Assembly (NCBI RefSeq): GCF_036321535.1
Contig: NC_087438.1
Span: 7,194,001 to 7,258,000, forward strand
DNA from: Camelus dromedarius
Taxonomy: Eukaryota
Length of the DNA stretch: 64,000 bases
Direction: 5' to 3'
The notes beneath the pieces were generated by a model. The model was not told the DNA's origin, made no database searches, and saw only the letters and a program-made list of their open reading frames with translations. Made by a program: the position numbers and the translations under genes. Below, in pieces: positions 12,906 to 26,065 of the stretch (the first letter of the stretch is position 1; the number at the start of each line of letters is the position of its first letter).

Positions 12906-13308
12906 TGTTGTGGGTTGAATTGTGTCCCCTAAAAAGATTCATGTCCTAACCCACAGAAACTGTGACTGCACCCTTATTTGGAAATAGGGTTTTTGCAGAA
13001 GTAATCAGGTAAAGACGAGGCCATCCTGGATGAGGGTAGGTGCTAATCTAATCAATGACTGACGTCCTTATAAGACAGAAATTTGGATACAGACACAGAC
13101 ACACAGGAGAGACAGCCATGTGAAGACACAGGCAGAGGTTGGAGTCATGCTGCTACAAGCCACCGCCAGAAGCTGGGAGAGAGACCAGGGCTCTGCCAAC
13201 ACCTTCATTTCAGATTTCTGGCCTCCAGACAGTGAGAGAATAAATTTCTGTTGTCTGAAGTCACCCAGTTTGTGGTAATTTGTTACAGCAGCCATGGGAA
13301 ACTAACAC
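12906..13308 (+). mobile_element. MLT1 (MaLR) LTR inserted in an old L1
   Basis: tgttgtgggttgaattgtgtcccc ... gtgagagaataaatttctgttgt...ggaaactaacaca; L1ME-like sequence on both sides (~12300-13790). Confidence 0.8.
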
Positions 13309-15146
13309 ACTCCTGAAAAGAATATTACAGAGCAGTTCAATGAACGAACTACATATATCTTTATCAATACGATAAATCTCCAAACCATAATGCTGTATAA
13401 ACAATGATGGCTTTTTAATGCTAAGTAAATACAACCCCGCCAATAATATATATTTTGTTAACAAATACACTGTAGGAAAAGTATAACACATGGGAATAAA
13501 ACACAAAGCCATGAGACAGTGGTCACTGGCAGGTTAAGGGGATAGAGATTGCTGGCTTTAATTGTATTTGTTACATTTTATCTCTTTAAAAAGTTTTGAT
13601 TTGAAGTACATAGGACAAAATGTTAATATCCTGTAAATCTGGGTTAATGTCATTAATCTGGGTAAATCTGGATTAATAGCTTGTAAAATCATGTAATTAT
13701 GGGTGGCTGTTACATTATATCTCAGACTTTCCAGAATATTCTAAATGTTCAAAACTAGAAATAAAATGATGAAATTTTCAATAAAGAGATTAAGAGCTAG
13801 TCATTTGATCAAAGAAAATCTGACTCTGTTGTTCATGGTTTCGCTTCCATCGGCCACATTATAGAACTACCGTCAGTAAGAGAAGTCAGCACAGTCTGGT
13901 GTCAGCAGCAGTACGTTCCAGGCCCCCCCCGCCCACTGTTTGTTGAGAACAGATTCCTCAGGCCGGGCTCTTACCTGGGCTGTCCTGTGAGGATGCCAGA
14001 CCACGGGAAATAAGCAGCCTTGAATCAGACTCTTCCCACTTCACCTTCAGTGGATACCCACTTCCAAAAGGAACGTTTGCAGCCAAGACAGCCACTCTCT
14101 GGACTGATCCGGAAAGGTTTTTCTCCCGCAGAAAGGGCTGGTGGCAGGGGAGGCCTGGCGGTGCCACATATGAAGGCTGGACCCCTGCCAGAGCTTTCAC
14201 GTGACAGGGCAGCCAAGCCCAGCCTGCGTGTGGACTTTATCCCCTCGTGGGCAAGAGCCTTGGCAAATGTACCCCGGACACTACCGACTGTACCATACAT
14301 CAGTTTTCTATATCTAGGTTTCTGGATTTGGGCTCTTTTCCCTCCCAAATGACACACTTGTTAAAACCTAGTTTTCTGAAGTAAAATTATGACACTCATG
14401 AAGTTATAAAAATGAATTCATGGTCAGGACTGTATTTTACTCATATGGTAGGAGGAAATAAGGCAGATGTTACAACTGGTTCTAAGAAGAAAAGAAAAGA
14501 AAAGAGCACAAATTTACATGGAGCACAGGAATGTTGAGATGAATTGTAAACAGTGACAAAACAGAATTTTCCACAGGAGGGGAGGAAGCCAATCAATTCT
14601 CTACCAGACAGGACAGGATTCACAAACCTATTAGTTACCCCCGACTTTCATAAAGCTGCAAAGCAGCTCCAATACAATGAACAGGGCTAGGATCAGACAG
14701 CCCGGAAGGGTGTGCTACAGCCGATGGACACTTTTCCACTGAAACAGAGTTTCTTCTATGACATTATAAGTCACCGTGAATGGTAAGGTGTCCTCCTGTA
14801 AGGGGACGGGACTGCTGCTCTGACACGTACGGTGGGGTCCTCATAAAATGTACCAAGAAGGGCTTTTCTGTATCATGGCTGGTGGGCTTGGCAACACGTC
14901 CCAGCCACCCCGAGATCAGATCTGTGTCTCCACAAGGGACGCCTCCAGAAGTCAGGGTCCTCTTCATGACATCAGCGGTGGCCAGGACATGCTCCAGCAG
15001 AGGAGACCCTGATGGCCACGTTTTTGGCGATGCCACCCTGAATGCAGCACTAAAGCGCACGGTTCCCCCACAACATGCATGCAAGACCCCACACGTTGTG
15101 AGTGATTGTGAGCCCCATCCGCCACAGACTGACTTTTACAGTTTCT

Positions 15147-15579
15147 TGACAAAGATTCTCTCCTTGACCTACCGAATTCTAGTCAGGATCCTCTGCACTC
15201 TCTTTGCAGCTAAGCCCTGATTCTTGGGTTTCATCCTGTTTTAGTAAGACTCTTGCTAAGTTAGTTTAGCAGAACCCCCCACCCTCCATATCTGACCCGG
15301 TTCCTCATCCTTCTCCACCCTCAGGTGATGTCTGATCGCCCTGGCTTGTCTGCCACAAGAATCCTGTTAGGTCGGCTTAGCCAGACCCCCGTTATCCCAT
15401 CCACTGACCCCCTCTTTTCCTTGGCTAGAAACTCCCACTTTTCCTTGTTGTATTCAGGGTGGATGCCACTGTCTCTCTCCTACTGCAAAATCCCACTGGA
15501 GTGGTCACAGTGGTCCTGAGTAAGGTCTGCCTGACCGTTTTTTAACAAGGGTCACAAATGAATAATTTTTCCTTTAACA
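15147..15579 (+). mobile_element. Solo ERV1 LTR (MER31-like)
   Basis: Starts tgacaaagattctctccttgacc..tagtcagg and ends aataatttttcctttaaca. Confidence 0.65.
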
Positions 15580-15834
15580 CCCCCCAGCCTTGCTTCACAC
15601 AGCAAACGTCTCCACAAAATTACAAGTCAAGGCCCCTGGGGAATCACTGGTGCATGTTTCATCTGCAGATTCCAAGGGCTACCACACCCTCCTTCCTCTC
15701 CAAAGATGGACCTTCCTGGGGGCATTCCTTTACTGCATACAAATTTGTAACTCTTGACTTCTCTTTTTGAACAAGTTAAAACATCTGACTGGTTTCCTCT
15801 TTAATGAATCAAATAGAATCTTTAACACATGCCC

Positions 15835-15938
15835 TTTTTTTTATTTTTTAAAACAATTTTTAATGTAGGTACTGGGGATTGAACCCAGGACCTCGTGCAT
15901 GCTAAGCATGCGCTCTACCACTGAGCTATACCTATCCT
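15835..15938 (-). mobile_element. tRNA-derived SINE (Vic-1-like), abutting a ~50-bp L1 3' end (15945-15993)
   Basis: ggtactggggattgaacccaggacctcgtgcatgctaagcatgcgctctaccactgagctatacc. Confidence 0.85.
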
Positions 15939-17289
15939 TGCCTTTTTTTTTTTTTAATTGAAGTATAGTTGGTTTACAATGTTGTGTTAATTTCACATGT
16001 TCATTTTTACATCTGCATTAGAGTCATGATTCTGCCTTTGGCTCAAATTTATCTTTTAACTGTGTAACTGAACAACATTCCCCTTTCTCACTCGAGGGCA
16101 GAAGGTGAAAAACAGGTGGTAAAGTACGGCTGAGCTATCATGGTTTCCTGCTCCCATGCCCCCAAGCATTGAAATAACTCGGAAGTCAGACTTTACAAGG
16201 CAAGGAAGTTCTCCAACAGAAACTGAGAAACAGATTTTTTTTTCCAGAGAAAAAGATTTTGACAAGCAAAGGGGATTGTAACAAGCAAAGAAGTCTAGGA
16301 ATGAAGTGCTGGCAGCCTCAGAGATTTAGAAATGGAAACCACCTGCAAGGACATGGAAAGTGACACTGGGAGATAATACAGGACCACGACGGTGGCTACA
16401 GGGCAAGGCTGGGGGCTTTCCTTTTCTGGGTAAACACTGTAACTTGCATGGCAATTGGTCAGCAGGGAAGGCAGGGTCCTCCTTATCCTTAGATGGTTCT
16501 ATGAACATCAACGCCTCAATTATTTTTATTTTTCAGTAATCATGCTTGTATTTTCCATAGGGCACCCGGTCTTGACAGCATTAATTAATTAGAAAGCTAA
16601 GCGTGATGAGGCCGGATTGGCCCGCCAACTTGCCCATCAAGCGGCTGCCTTTGGCCTTTTCTTGGACTGTTGCGAGGCCTGGATGGCATTTCCCTGGATA
16701 TCCACAGGGCTTACTTCTCACCACCTTACTTTAAATGGGCTTTGAAAACAACAGGTGGCATTTCCATCAGCAAGTAACCCTAAATCGCAGTGCCCCGTGT
16801 TAGCAAGGCCTGGGAGAGGCCACAGAGTCGCCTCCTGACCCACATGGCTGAGAAGGGACTGTACAGTCTTTCCTGGAAGCCCGTATCCACCACCCAGGGC
16901 GTCACACTCCTAGACCCGGCACCTCGTCTCTTCGTGTCCATCCGTGATACGTGCTGCAAAATGGGGATAATGCTCTGGACGCAATACGTTCACCGCCCCC
17001 GCACCCACACTTGTATATTAGTGGTAAAAACCATACAGCCGAAATGCTCAACTGTAGGAAAACAGTCACAAAGAGCAATGACACGGAGGAAAGGTTTGTG
17101 ACATGGTGTTACGTGGGGAAAAGGAATACAACTTTATATACAGTATGATTTCAACTATGTTTTAAAAATATACTGGTAAACAATATGCCGAAGTGGGATG
17201 GCGGGGGTGGCTTTTCTGCCACGACAATGTGCTACTTTGAGAAAAGCAGGCGTAGAACATGGACTTTGACAGGTTCACTGCCTGTGCAC

Positions 17290-17720
17290 ATGGCGAAGGC
17301 CGCCTCCGCCTCCTGCAAACGCACGCGCAAACGCGGGCAGAGCCGGGCTGCGGCGCGCCTGCGGGCGCGTGAGGCGCACATACCTCGTCCCGCCGCCGGA
17401 AGACCGCCGTCCTTGCGCGCGGGAGGCCGGGCCGGAGCGGGCAGCGCTGCAGCCCCGCGGGACCCGGGGCAGACCGTCAGGGGCGTCCGAGTGGGAGGCG
17501 CCTCCTTCCGGGACGGAAGTGGACGCGGTGACGGAGGGCGGCGGGATCGCGCGGGCCGGCGGCGGTCCCGGATTCCCAGCCTCCGGGAAGGCTGGAGCCG
17601 GAGGGAGGGGCGGGGAGGGAGGCCAGGAGGGAGGGGAAGGAGGCCAGGAGGGAGGGGAGGAGGGAGGGAGGGAGGAGGAAGGGGGGGAGGGAGGTCCGGA
17701 GGATGGAGACAGCCCGCCTG
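17290..17720 (-). promoter_or_regulatory. CMBL: CpG island; probable CMBL promoter and non-coding exon 1 (exon end 17384)
   Basis: Dense CpG/GC tract with a GC box and an ETS-like CGGAAGT. Strong minus-strand donor GAG|GTATGT at 17384/17383. It is the first CpG island upstream of the CMBL ATG exon, which itself starts with a splice acceptor. Confidence 0.75.
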
Positions 17721-19424
17721 TGAAATGTACATGTGTGCCTGGCTCCTGAGATCTGTAACTTATTATTGTAAATCAAAATGAGGCTATTTAAAAAAAATAA
17801 GAAATGATTCCATAGTCATACTTCACCTCCCCCTCATCCCCTCTACATATTTTGGTCACCTAAGATTGTGATAACCAATTCAGCTGGCTACAGAGGAAGT
17901 TTAAGAAAGGCAACAGGAAGAAATGTTGATTAGGAAAAGAACTGACAGCAAGAAAAGGACCCGCAGTATCCTGATGCCACGATAATTTAAGCAAAAGTCT
18001 TATGACCGGAGAGACAGAACCTTATTAATTAAGACATTTCTAATTGGAAAATGGGTGACTTCAGACTGAAGGTGACCTTTTTCTAAAGAGATCTTTTCTG
18101 CAGAGAGATGGTAAATCCATAATATAAAAAAGACCAGGGTGGTAAGGTTTGTGAGACTTAATCTGTTAAAGGGTGATTTTCAGGAAAAGGTAAAATCCTG
18201 ATGCTCACACAGATGTAAAAATGACAGTTGTTAAGGATTTTGTAATACTCATTAATTAATGAGAAAGCCAGGCAGATGTTAAAACTGGTTCAAAAGAAAG
18301 CTTTTCTAAAAAGCGCTTGCATGTATGGAGTAAAGGAGTGTTGAAATGAAAATGCAGATGGAGGCAAAATGGGCATTTTTTCACAGAGTGGGGAAGGAGG
18401 GCAATTAAACCTCATCAGCCAGAACAGAATTTGCTTGTCTATCATCTATCTACGACTTACAGGTTGTAAAATAGCTCCAAAATATTGAAAGACAAGAATT
18501 AGATAGCCTTGTGGGTGGAGGGGTGACCTCTAAGTTTCCATTAAACACAAACTTGTTTCTATAAGACTGTTCCGCAGCATCTTCCAGCATCGTGGAAGTA
18601 CCACTTACATGGAAAGACTAGATGTGACTGATTATACATCATTTTCTCTATTTGCTAAATTTAGCTCCCCAAGCATCATTACTAAGTTATTTATTAACAC
18701 ATTAATATGAGGGATTTCATATTCACAACTCTATGCCTTGCCAAAGTTTGCTAGCCCGGTGTTAAATTTATGTATGTACTTAAAATAAGTTTTTAAAAAG
18801 TTGCCTCGGGATCAGTCTCAACTGGCAGAGCTGTGCTGTGGATTCGCATTTTATGAGGCAGGCCTAGATGATGAAATGCACCCTGCCACAGCAATCAAAA
18901 ACAATTTATACCTGTTTTCCTAAAACTATCTCGCACATCCCTCCTGCAGTCCACAGTCTACACTTCGTCTTAACTTGCACCTTCCCCAGGAGCCTGGCTG
19001 GAATCTTCCTTGCCCTGCCCCTTCCTCCCTGCAGGTTTTCACACTTGGGGGAAGAGGGCTGCCCTCTCTCTTTCCATTTATGCAAATCCTTTCCAGCTTT
19101 TAGAATTCCTCTCCATGAAGATTGCTTAAGTGCCACAACTCTTGATTTTCCCTAATCTGTGCTCCTAAAAAAAGATTCCTTTGGCATTTTGTACTACAAA
19201 CAGGGTCACTGGATCATGTATCATCTTCTAGTTGATGAAAACGCTGCTTTCACAAGTGTAGGAACCTGAAATTTCTCAAGGCAGAGGCTGTGACTGTTTT
19301 GCCCTTAAAACACCTGAGCCAATGCGTGGATACCTCCTATTCCTAACTCCTTACCCTAAATGGAAGATGTATCTCTTCTCTTGAGACTCAGGTTTCCTTA
19401 ACTGTAAAATGAGGGATTACACTA

Positions 19425-19800
19425 GATTTGGCTCTGAAACTTTAGTGTGCATCAGAATCCCCTGAAGAGTCTGTTAAACCACAGAGTGCTGGGCCCCAAA
19501 CACAGAGCCTCTGATTCAGGAGGTCCATGGGGGACCTTAGGAATTTATGTGTCTGACAAGATCCTGGGTGATGACGCTGATGCTCTTGGTCCAAGGACCA
19601 CATTTTGGGAATCACCAGACCAGAATCACAGTGACGAGCAAACCCTCTTTGCTGACCATCAAAACCACTTAAGGAACTTGTAAAATTCAGATGTCCTGAC
19701 CTCAGACCTACTGAACCAGAATCTTTAGGGGTGGCACTGAGGAATTCATATTTGAAGAAATCTCCTTAGATGACTCTTATGATGGAACAATTTTAGGACC
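19425..19800. mobile_element. MER5A-like hAT elements (two adjacent remnants)
   Basis: tgcatcagaatcccctgaagag...gctgatgctcttggtccaaggaccaca; agacctactgaaccagaatct. Confidence 0.65.
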
Positions 19801-20375
19801 CAGTTGAATTAGATAATTTACACAGGCCATGTCAGTGTCAATCTTCCATAAATTTATGTTACAGATTCAGCAAGAAAAGCCTGGCTGGAGGAGGGCAGGT
19901 GCAACTCTCAGGATAAAATATCCCTAATAGCTCAATCAAACTGGAAACATACAATAAAAGGGAATCCTAGGAAGTATAGCTCAGCCTAGCCCACTGGGGA
20001 CATCAACAAACCACCCCACCATACCTGGATACCCTCCAGCCCTCCCCACTGCAAAGGTGCAAAGGTTATCCTGCTAGAGATACGTTGGTTCCACATTAAA
20101 AAGAGTCCTTCATGTGCCAGTCTGAAACATCTGCAGTTGAATTATTTTACTGCCTTGGGATTTCTCCAAAATAATGGGTAGATATTTTTAAAAATATCTG
20201 AATAAGTAAAAGAAGTCACTGAAAGTGTTATCTCCCAGAACAAATTGACGACCAGCTCTAAACATAAATTCTTGATTCAATCTTAAAAGGCACAAAATGC
20301 TTACAACGCACAAAATGGCAGTTTTCATCTTCACCAATTTTAGTTCCAAACTCCTCTGGAAAATTCATCACACAA

Positions 20376-20667
20376 GTTAATACTTAACCCTGGCTCTAAA
20401 AAAAAATTTTTTTTAAGTTCCATTTTTGTAGAAACTCAGCGTAAATGAATACTAGGGTTTCACAGAGTTCCTTAATAAATTAAAGAGCTGTGACTCAGCA
20501 GGATGACAGCTGGTTATCCCTCCAAGGTTGTTTTATTTTTTATTATGAAATAAGGAACTCAATTCCAGGGACTGAGTGAACCCAAGCTGAATTAACAAAA
20601 GGGGCAAAGGCAAAGTTAAACAAGACTGCTGACTCAGCTCAAGCCCTGTGATTAACCCTGACCTTGA
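20376..20667. promoter_or_regulatory. Candidate liver/kidney/intestine enhancer (HNF1, ARE, MARE, HNF4-like and NR5A/ERR motifs)
   Basis: GTTAATACTTAAC 20376-20388; GTGACTCAGCA 20490-20500; GGGGCAAAGGCA 20601-20612; TGCTGACTCAGC 20627-20638; TGACCTTGA 20659-20667. Confidence 0.5.
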
Positions 20668-21142
20668 AGGCAAGTTCAGGAAAAGTATCCCATGGAACTG
20701 TTCCTCTAAAGAAATTTTGGAGCAAAATCAGAAAAAGTGCTGGTGTGTTTGAGAACATCTCCCAGCGATACCTGAGGGAGAACAGATTGCAGGTCATCTG
20801 TCGGGCTTACTTGCTCACCGCCTACCCCGTGAACGCGCTGCAGGCAGTCATCTGGGAAAGCACTGAGCTCTGGGTGCAGAGCAGGCGTTGCTGCTGGAGG
20901 CAGGTCAGAGGGCTGGGTAGAAAAGACAGCTGGTTTCCAGAAGATTCTTCAGCCAGGGAGCCATCTTGTACCCCTCCAAGACAGAATGCCTAAATTAGCT
21001 TTCTTTTTTCACTCTTTACTATGAAAACTTACAAATATGTGGACAAATAGAAAGAAAAGCACAGTAGATTCCCACATATGCCAAACCTAGATAGAATTAT
21101 TGTTACTATTTTGCTAAATTTGCTTCATTCATTTCTGTTTTT

Positions 21143-21706
21143 TTTTAATTGAAGTACAGTCAGTTACAATGTGTCAATTTCTGATGTACAGCATAACTTC
21201 CCAGCCATGCATATACATACATATATTCATTTTCATATTTTTTATTAAAGGTTATTACAAGATATTGAATATAGTTCCCTGTGCTATACAGAAGGAACTT
21301 TTAAAATTTATTTTTATATATAGTGGCTAACATTTGTAAATCTCGAACTCCCAAATTTATCCCTTCCTACCCACTTTCCCTGGTAACCATAAGATTGTTT
21401 ACTATGTCTGTGAGTCTGTTTCTGTTTTGTAGATGAATTCATAGTGTCCTTTTTTTTTTAGATTCCACATATGAGTGATATCATATGATGTTTTTCTTTC
21501 TCTTTCTGGCTTACTTCACTTAGAATGACGAACTCTAGGTCCAACTATGTGCTGCAAATGGCATTATTTTATTCTTTTGTATGGCTGCGTAGTATTCCAT
21601 TGTATAAATATACCACAACTTCTTTATCCAGTCATCTGTCAGTGGACATTTATGTTGCTTCCATGTCTTGGCTATTGTATGTAGTGCTGCTATGAACATT
21701 GGAGTG
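21143..21706 (-). mobile_element. Young 5'-truncated L1 insertion
   Basis: L1 3' UTR/ORF2 end (gctgcaaatggcattattttattc, ccatgtcttggctattgt); 17-bp TSD cattcatttctgttttt at 21126-21142 and 21707-21723. Confidence 0.9.
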
Positions 21707-24700
21707 CATTCATTTCTGTTTTTGCTGAAGTGTATGAATTATAGACTACATGACATTTCACCCTTAAATAATTGTGTGGTCGTCAGCCTCCAAGATGACC
21801 CCTAATATGCCCTGCCTCTGGGCTTTCACAGCTATGAGAGTCCCCTCCCACATTGTACAGGGTTGGTCTGTGTGATCAGTCTAATATAGAAATAGTGATG
21901 GTCTGTCTTGTCTGGAATTAAGTTACAAAAGACATCGTGGCTGCTTCCATCTTGTGTTCTCTCTCTCCCTCTCCCTCTCCCTCTCATCACTCACTCTGGG
22001 GGAAGTCAGGTGCCAGGTCACGGAGAGGCCCGTGTGGCAAAGAAAGCCTCGTGGACCCAGGCCCTCCAGCCCTAGTCAAATGTCAGATGACCGCAACCTC
22101 CCAGGAATATTTCAACGGCAGCCTCCTGAGAGACCCCACGTCAGAACCGCAGGCTAAGCCACTCCCAGATTCCCAATCCTCAGAAACTGTGCAAAATACT
22201 AATTTCTATTGTTAAGCGGCCAAGTCTGGGGCTAAGCGGAGAGTACAGTCATTACAGTAGTCCGCAATTTGACACCTGCAGGCGAGGGGCTGTGACAGAA
22301 ACCGAAAATGTGGAAATGGCTTTGGCCCTGGGCGGTGGGCTTTGTGGAGTGTATTGGTCAAAGCCGAAAGTACCTTGAGGAGGCTGTTAATAAAAGAGGC
22401 AAGGTTTTTGAAGAGTCAGGTAAAAGCTTGCAGGAAAGTGAGGGCAGTGCTGTTGGAAACTGGAGGAAGGGGGTTCTGGTAATCCATTGCCGGAAGTGGG
22501 TGGAAGAAGATGCCCCAGTAAATGCGGGATCTAATCAAGGAGATGCAGAGCCAGGGGGTCACCAGGGCAGCCTGGTTTCTTCCAGCTGTTAAGATGTCAG
22601 AGTAGAGTGAGGAATGAACGGAAGGGTGGTTAAGCACAAAGGAGCTAGGACCCGACAGCCAGATGACAAATCGTGCTGGTATTAGGGAATGGCTTCCAAG
22701 CAAAAATCCAAATTCAGGGCCCTGCCAGGAAAACTGTGATCCACAGATAAACCCTAGAGTGTGCCTATAAATCAGTTTTAAAAAATTTCAGAAAGCTATA
22801 AAGCCATACCCCAGAGTACTATTGTCAGACATAAGGCCCTCTAAAGAGATTTAATGTGTGCCTCACTGCCGTGGTCTGAATGTTTGTGTGTCCCCCAGAT
22901 TCACATGTCGAAATCCTAACCCCCAACATAGTAGTATTAAGTGGTGGGGTGCTTGGGAAATGCCTAGATCATAAGGGTAGAGCCCCCCTGAATGGGATTA
23001 GTGCTCTTGTAAAAGACCCCGAAGAGCTGTCTAGCCCTTCCCACCACGTAAGGACACAGGAGAAGTCAGCGACCTGGAGGAGGACCCTCACCAGAACCCA
23101 GCCACTCTGGCAAGACTTCCAGCTTCCAGAACTGTGAGAAATAAATTTCTGTTGTTTTTAAACTACTCAGTCCGTGATGTTTTATTGTAGCAGCCCGGAT
23201 GGACTGAGACGCTCTCAGATCGAAGGTTAGTGCTCCCAGGAAGCTTGGCCCATCGCCCCTCTGCTGTCTGCGGAAGGGCTGATCTCAGAGAGATTTGTGG
23301 GTGTCGCCCTTGTTTAATGGGGTAGATCCCAGAGAGATTCGCAGAAAATCCATACAAGTTTAATCAGAATGATACGTACAGAATCAGCACTTACTTGGGC
23401 TGAAAGAGACAGAGACAGTACAAAATTAAAGGAGGGCTTTGGACCCTCAGAATTCTCCGAGCAGGAAGCAGGCTGAGAATATTACTCAGCTGCTAACACA
23501 TGATACCTTTCATGAAAAAGGAAGGATGACTCAGAGGGAAGAAGCAGGAGCCCAGAGGGCAGCTGGGAGCCTTGGAGCAGGGCTCCCAAGCCTCGAGCCC
23601 TAATTAAGGAACTTAATGGCGTTTGCTTGGGTCGATACGGACCAGCGACTTCCTCCTGCTCTCACATTCTCCCTTTTTGATCAGAAGGGCCCAGAGTGGT
23701 TATTCCACGCCTGTCCCATTGTGTGTTCAGTGGAGGAGGGTGCTACGAACTGAATATTTGTGTCTCCTGCAAGTTCATGTTGGAGCCCTAACCCCCAACG
23801 TGATGGTATTTGGAGGTAGTTAGGTTTAGATGCGGTCATGAAGGTGGAGTTCTCATGATGGAATTAGGACCATTATGAGGGGACCAGAGAACTAGTTCTC
23901 GCTCTCTCTGTCGTGTAAGGATACAGTAAAAGGCAGCTAGCTCCAAGCCAGGGGGAGCGTCCTCACCAGAACTCAGTCACACTGGTGCCCTGATCTTTGA
24001 TTTCCAGCCTGCAGCACTGTGAGGCATTAATGTCCGTTGTGTAAGCCACTAGCCTGTGGTATTTTGTTACAGCAGCCCGAGCTGACTAATTTGGTCAGAG
24101 TTGGTGGGCAGATAATTTGTCAAGAAGAACAGTACTGGAAGAACTGGGTTTAAGGAACTACAGTAAGACCCAGACCTGATTTACGTTATGAGATTCTGGA
24201 TACTGAGCAGACGTTATAATAGGATGAAATTCCCGGGGACTCAGGAAGGGGTTGACTATACTCTGTGTGTAGAAAGGGTATGAATCTTTGGGGGACTGTG
24301 GCGGTCTGCAAGTTGGCCCCCAGTGAGTCCCACCTCCTGGTGTGTGCACTCTCTGTAGTCCTTCCCCCACAGCGGACCACAGTGAGTCTGCCTGAGCAGA
24401 GGCACACCGGAGGAGTGGTGGTAGGTCACTTCTGATATTAATGTATTTTTCTAGGTGTGCCCTAGCTCTCTTTCCCACTGTTAGATCATTTTCTCTGGGA
24501 GAAGCCAACAGCCCTATGAAGAGGCCCATGTGGTGAAGAACTGAGGCTGTTGGCCAAAGTCAGCAATGAACAGAGGCTTCTTTCCAACAAAGGGAAAACA
24601 AGCCACCTGGGCCATCTTGGACACAGATCCTCTAGCCCAGTCAAGTTTCAGATGACTGCGGTCTGGCTGGCATCCGGACAGTAACCTCCTGAGAGGCCCT

Positions 24701-24891
24701 GAACCAGAACCACCTGCACAGCCACTCCCAGATGCCTGACTCCCAGAAGCTGTATGAAATACTGCATTTTTTTAAAGTCACTATGTGTATTAACCATGTG
24801 TTTCTGACGTTTTGATCTCTGGGGCCTTGCTGACCCTGGAAAGACTGTCTCTCCCATGGTTACCAATTCCCAGGGAAAGAATGTGCCTTTC

Positions 24892-25647
24892 TTGCACACG
24901 TGAAAAGATGCTCCACGTCACTAGTCATCAGGGAAATGCAAATCAAAAACACACTGAGATATCATCTCACGCCTGTCAAAACGGCCATCATCAAAAAGAA
25001 CACAAATAACAAATGTTGGTGAGGATGTGGAGAAAAGGGAACTCTCTTACACCATTGGTGGAAATGTAAGCTGGTGCAGCCACTGAGGAAAACAGTATGG
25101 AGGTTTCTCAGAAAACTAAAAATAGAACTAACATATGACCCAGCAATTCCACTCCTGAGTATATATCTGAAGGAAACAAAAACACCAATTTGAAAAGATG
25201 CATGCCTCCCAATGCATTATTTACAACTGCCAAGATATGGAAAAAACCTAAGTGTCCATCAATGGATGAATGGATAAAGAAGATGTGGTATAATGTGGAA
25301 TTTAAAAGAAAAAAAAAAGACTAATGAACTTATTTACAAAGCAGAAACAAACTCAACAAATTTATGGTTACCAGACGTGGAAAGGTGTGGGAAGGGATAA
25401 ATTGGGAGTTTGAGATTTGCAGATACTAACTACTATATATAAAATAGATAAGCAGGTTTATTCTGTATAGCACAGGGAACTATATTCAAAATCTTGTAGT
25501 AACTAATGGTGAAAGAGAATATAAAAACAAATATATGTATGTTCCTATACGACTGAAGTATTGTGCTGTGCACCAGAAACTGACACAACATTGTCAACTG
25601 ACTATACGTCTATAAAAATATTTTTTAAAAGATGTGATACACACATA

Positions 25648-25687
<40 letters not shown>

Positions 25688-26065
25688 GGAATACTACTCA
25701 GCCATATAAAAGAACAAAATTTTGCCATTTGCAGCAACATGGATGGACTTGGAGGGCATTATGCTAAGTGAAATAAGTCAGACAGAGAAAGACAAATAGT
25801 ATATGATACCACTTATATATGGAATCTAAAAAATACAATAAACTAGTGCATATAACAAAAAAGAAGCAGAGTCACAGATATAGAGAACAAACTAGTGGTT
25901 ACCAGTGGGGAGGGGATGAGGGAGAATACAGGGATGGGGAAGTGGGAGGTACGAACTATTGGGTATAAGGTAGGCTACAAGGGTGTACTGTACAACATGG
26001 GGAATATAGCCAATATTTTGTAATAACTGTAAATTGTATAAAAGTTAAAAATTAACAACAACAAA
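24892..26065 (+). mobile_element. L1 3' fragment inside an ERV LTR (~24795-26520), itself containing a second L1 3' end (~25292-25628)
   Basis: ORF2 end (catcagggaaatgcaaatcaaaa, gacccagcaattccactcctgag); TSD aaagaa(tg/ca)tgcctttc at 24876-24891 and 26066-26081; inner TSD-like aagatgtg(g/a)ta at 25280 and 25629. Confidence 0.85.
25649..25684. repeat. (CA)n microsatellite
   Basis: Direct read. Confidence 0.95.

Noticed and set aside
14985..14994. p53 half-site GGACATGCTC in CMBL intron 1
   Set aside because: No adjacent second half-site, so not a full response element
17185..17781. 198-aa RGG-rich and 166-aa Pro-rich ORFs
   Set aside because: Translations of the CpG island and the GGA tract, not credible proteins
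18248..18263. Perfect 16-bp palindrome CTCATTAATTAATGAG
   Set aside because: AT-rich, and it appears to lie at the end of an old LTR-like repeat starting ~18229; no independent support for function
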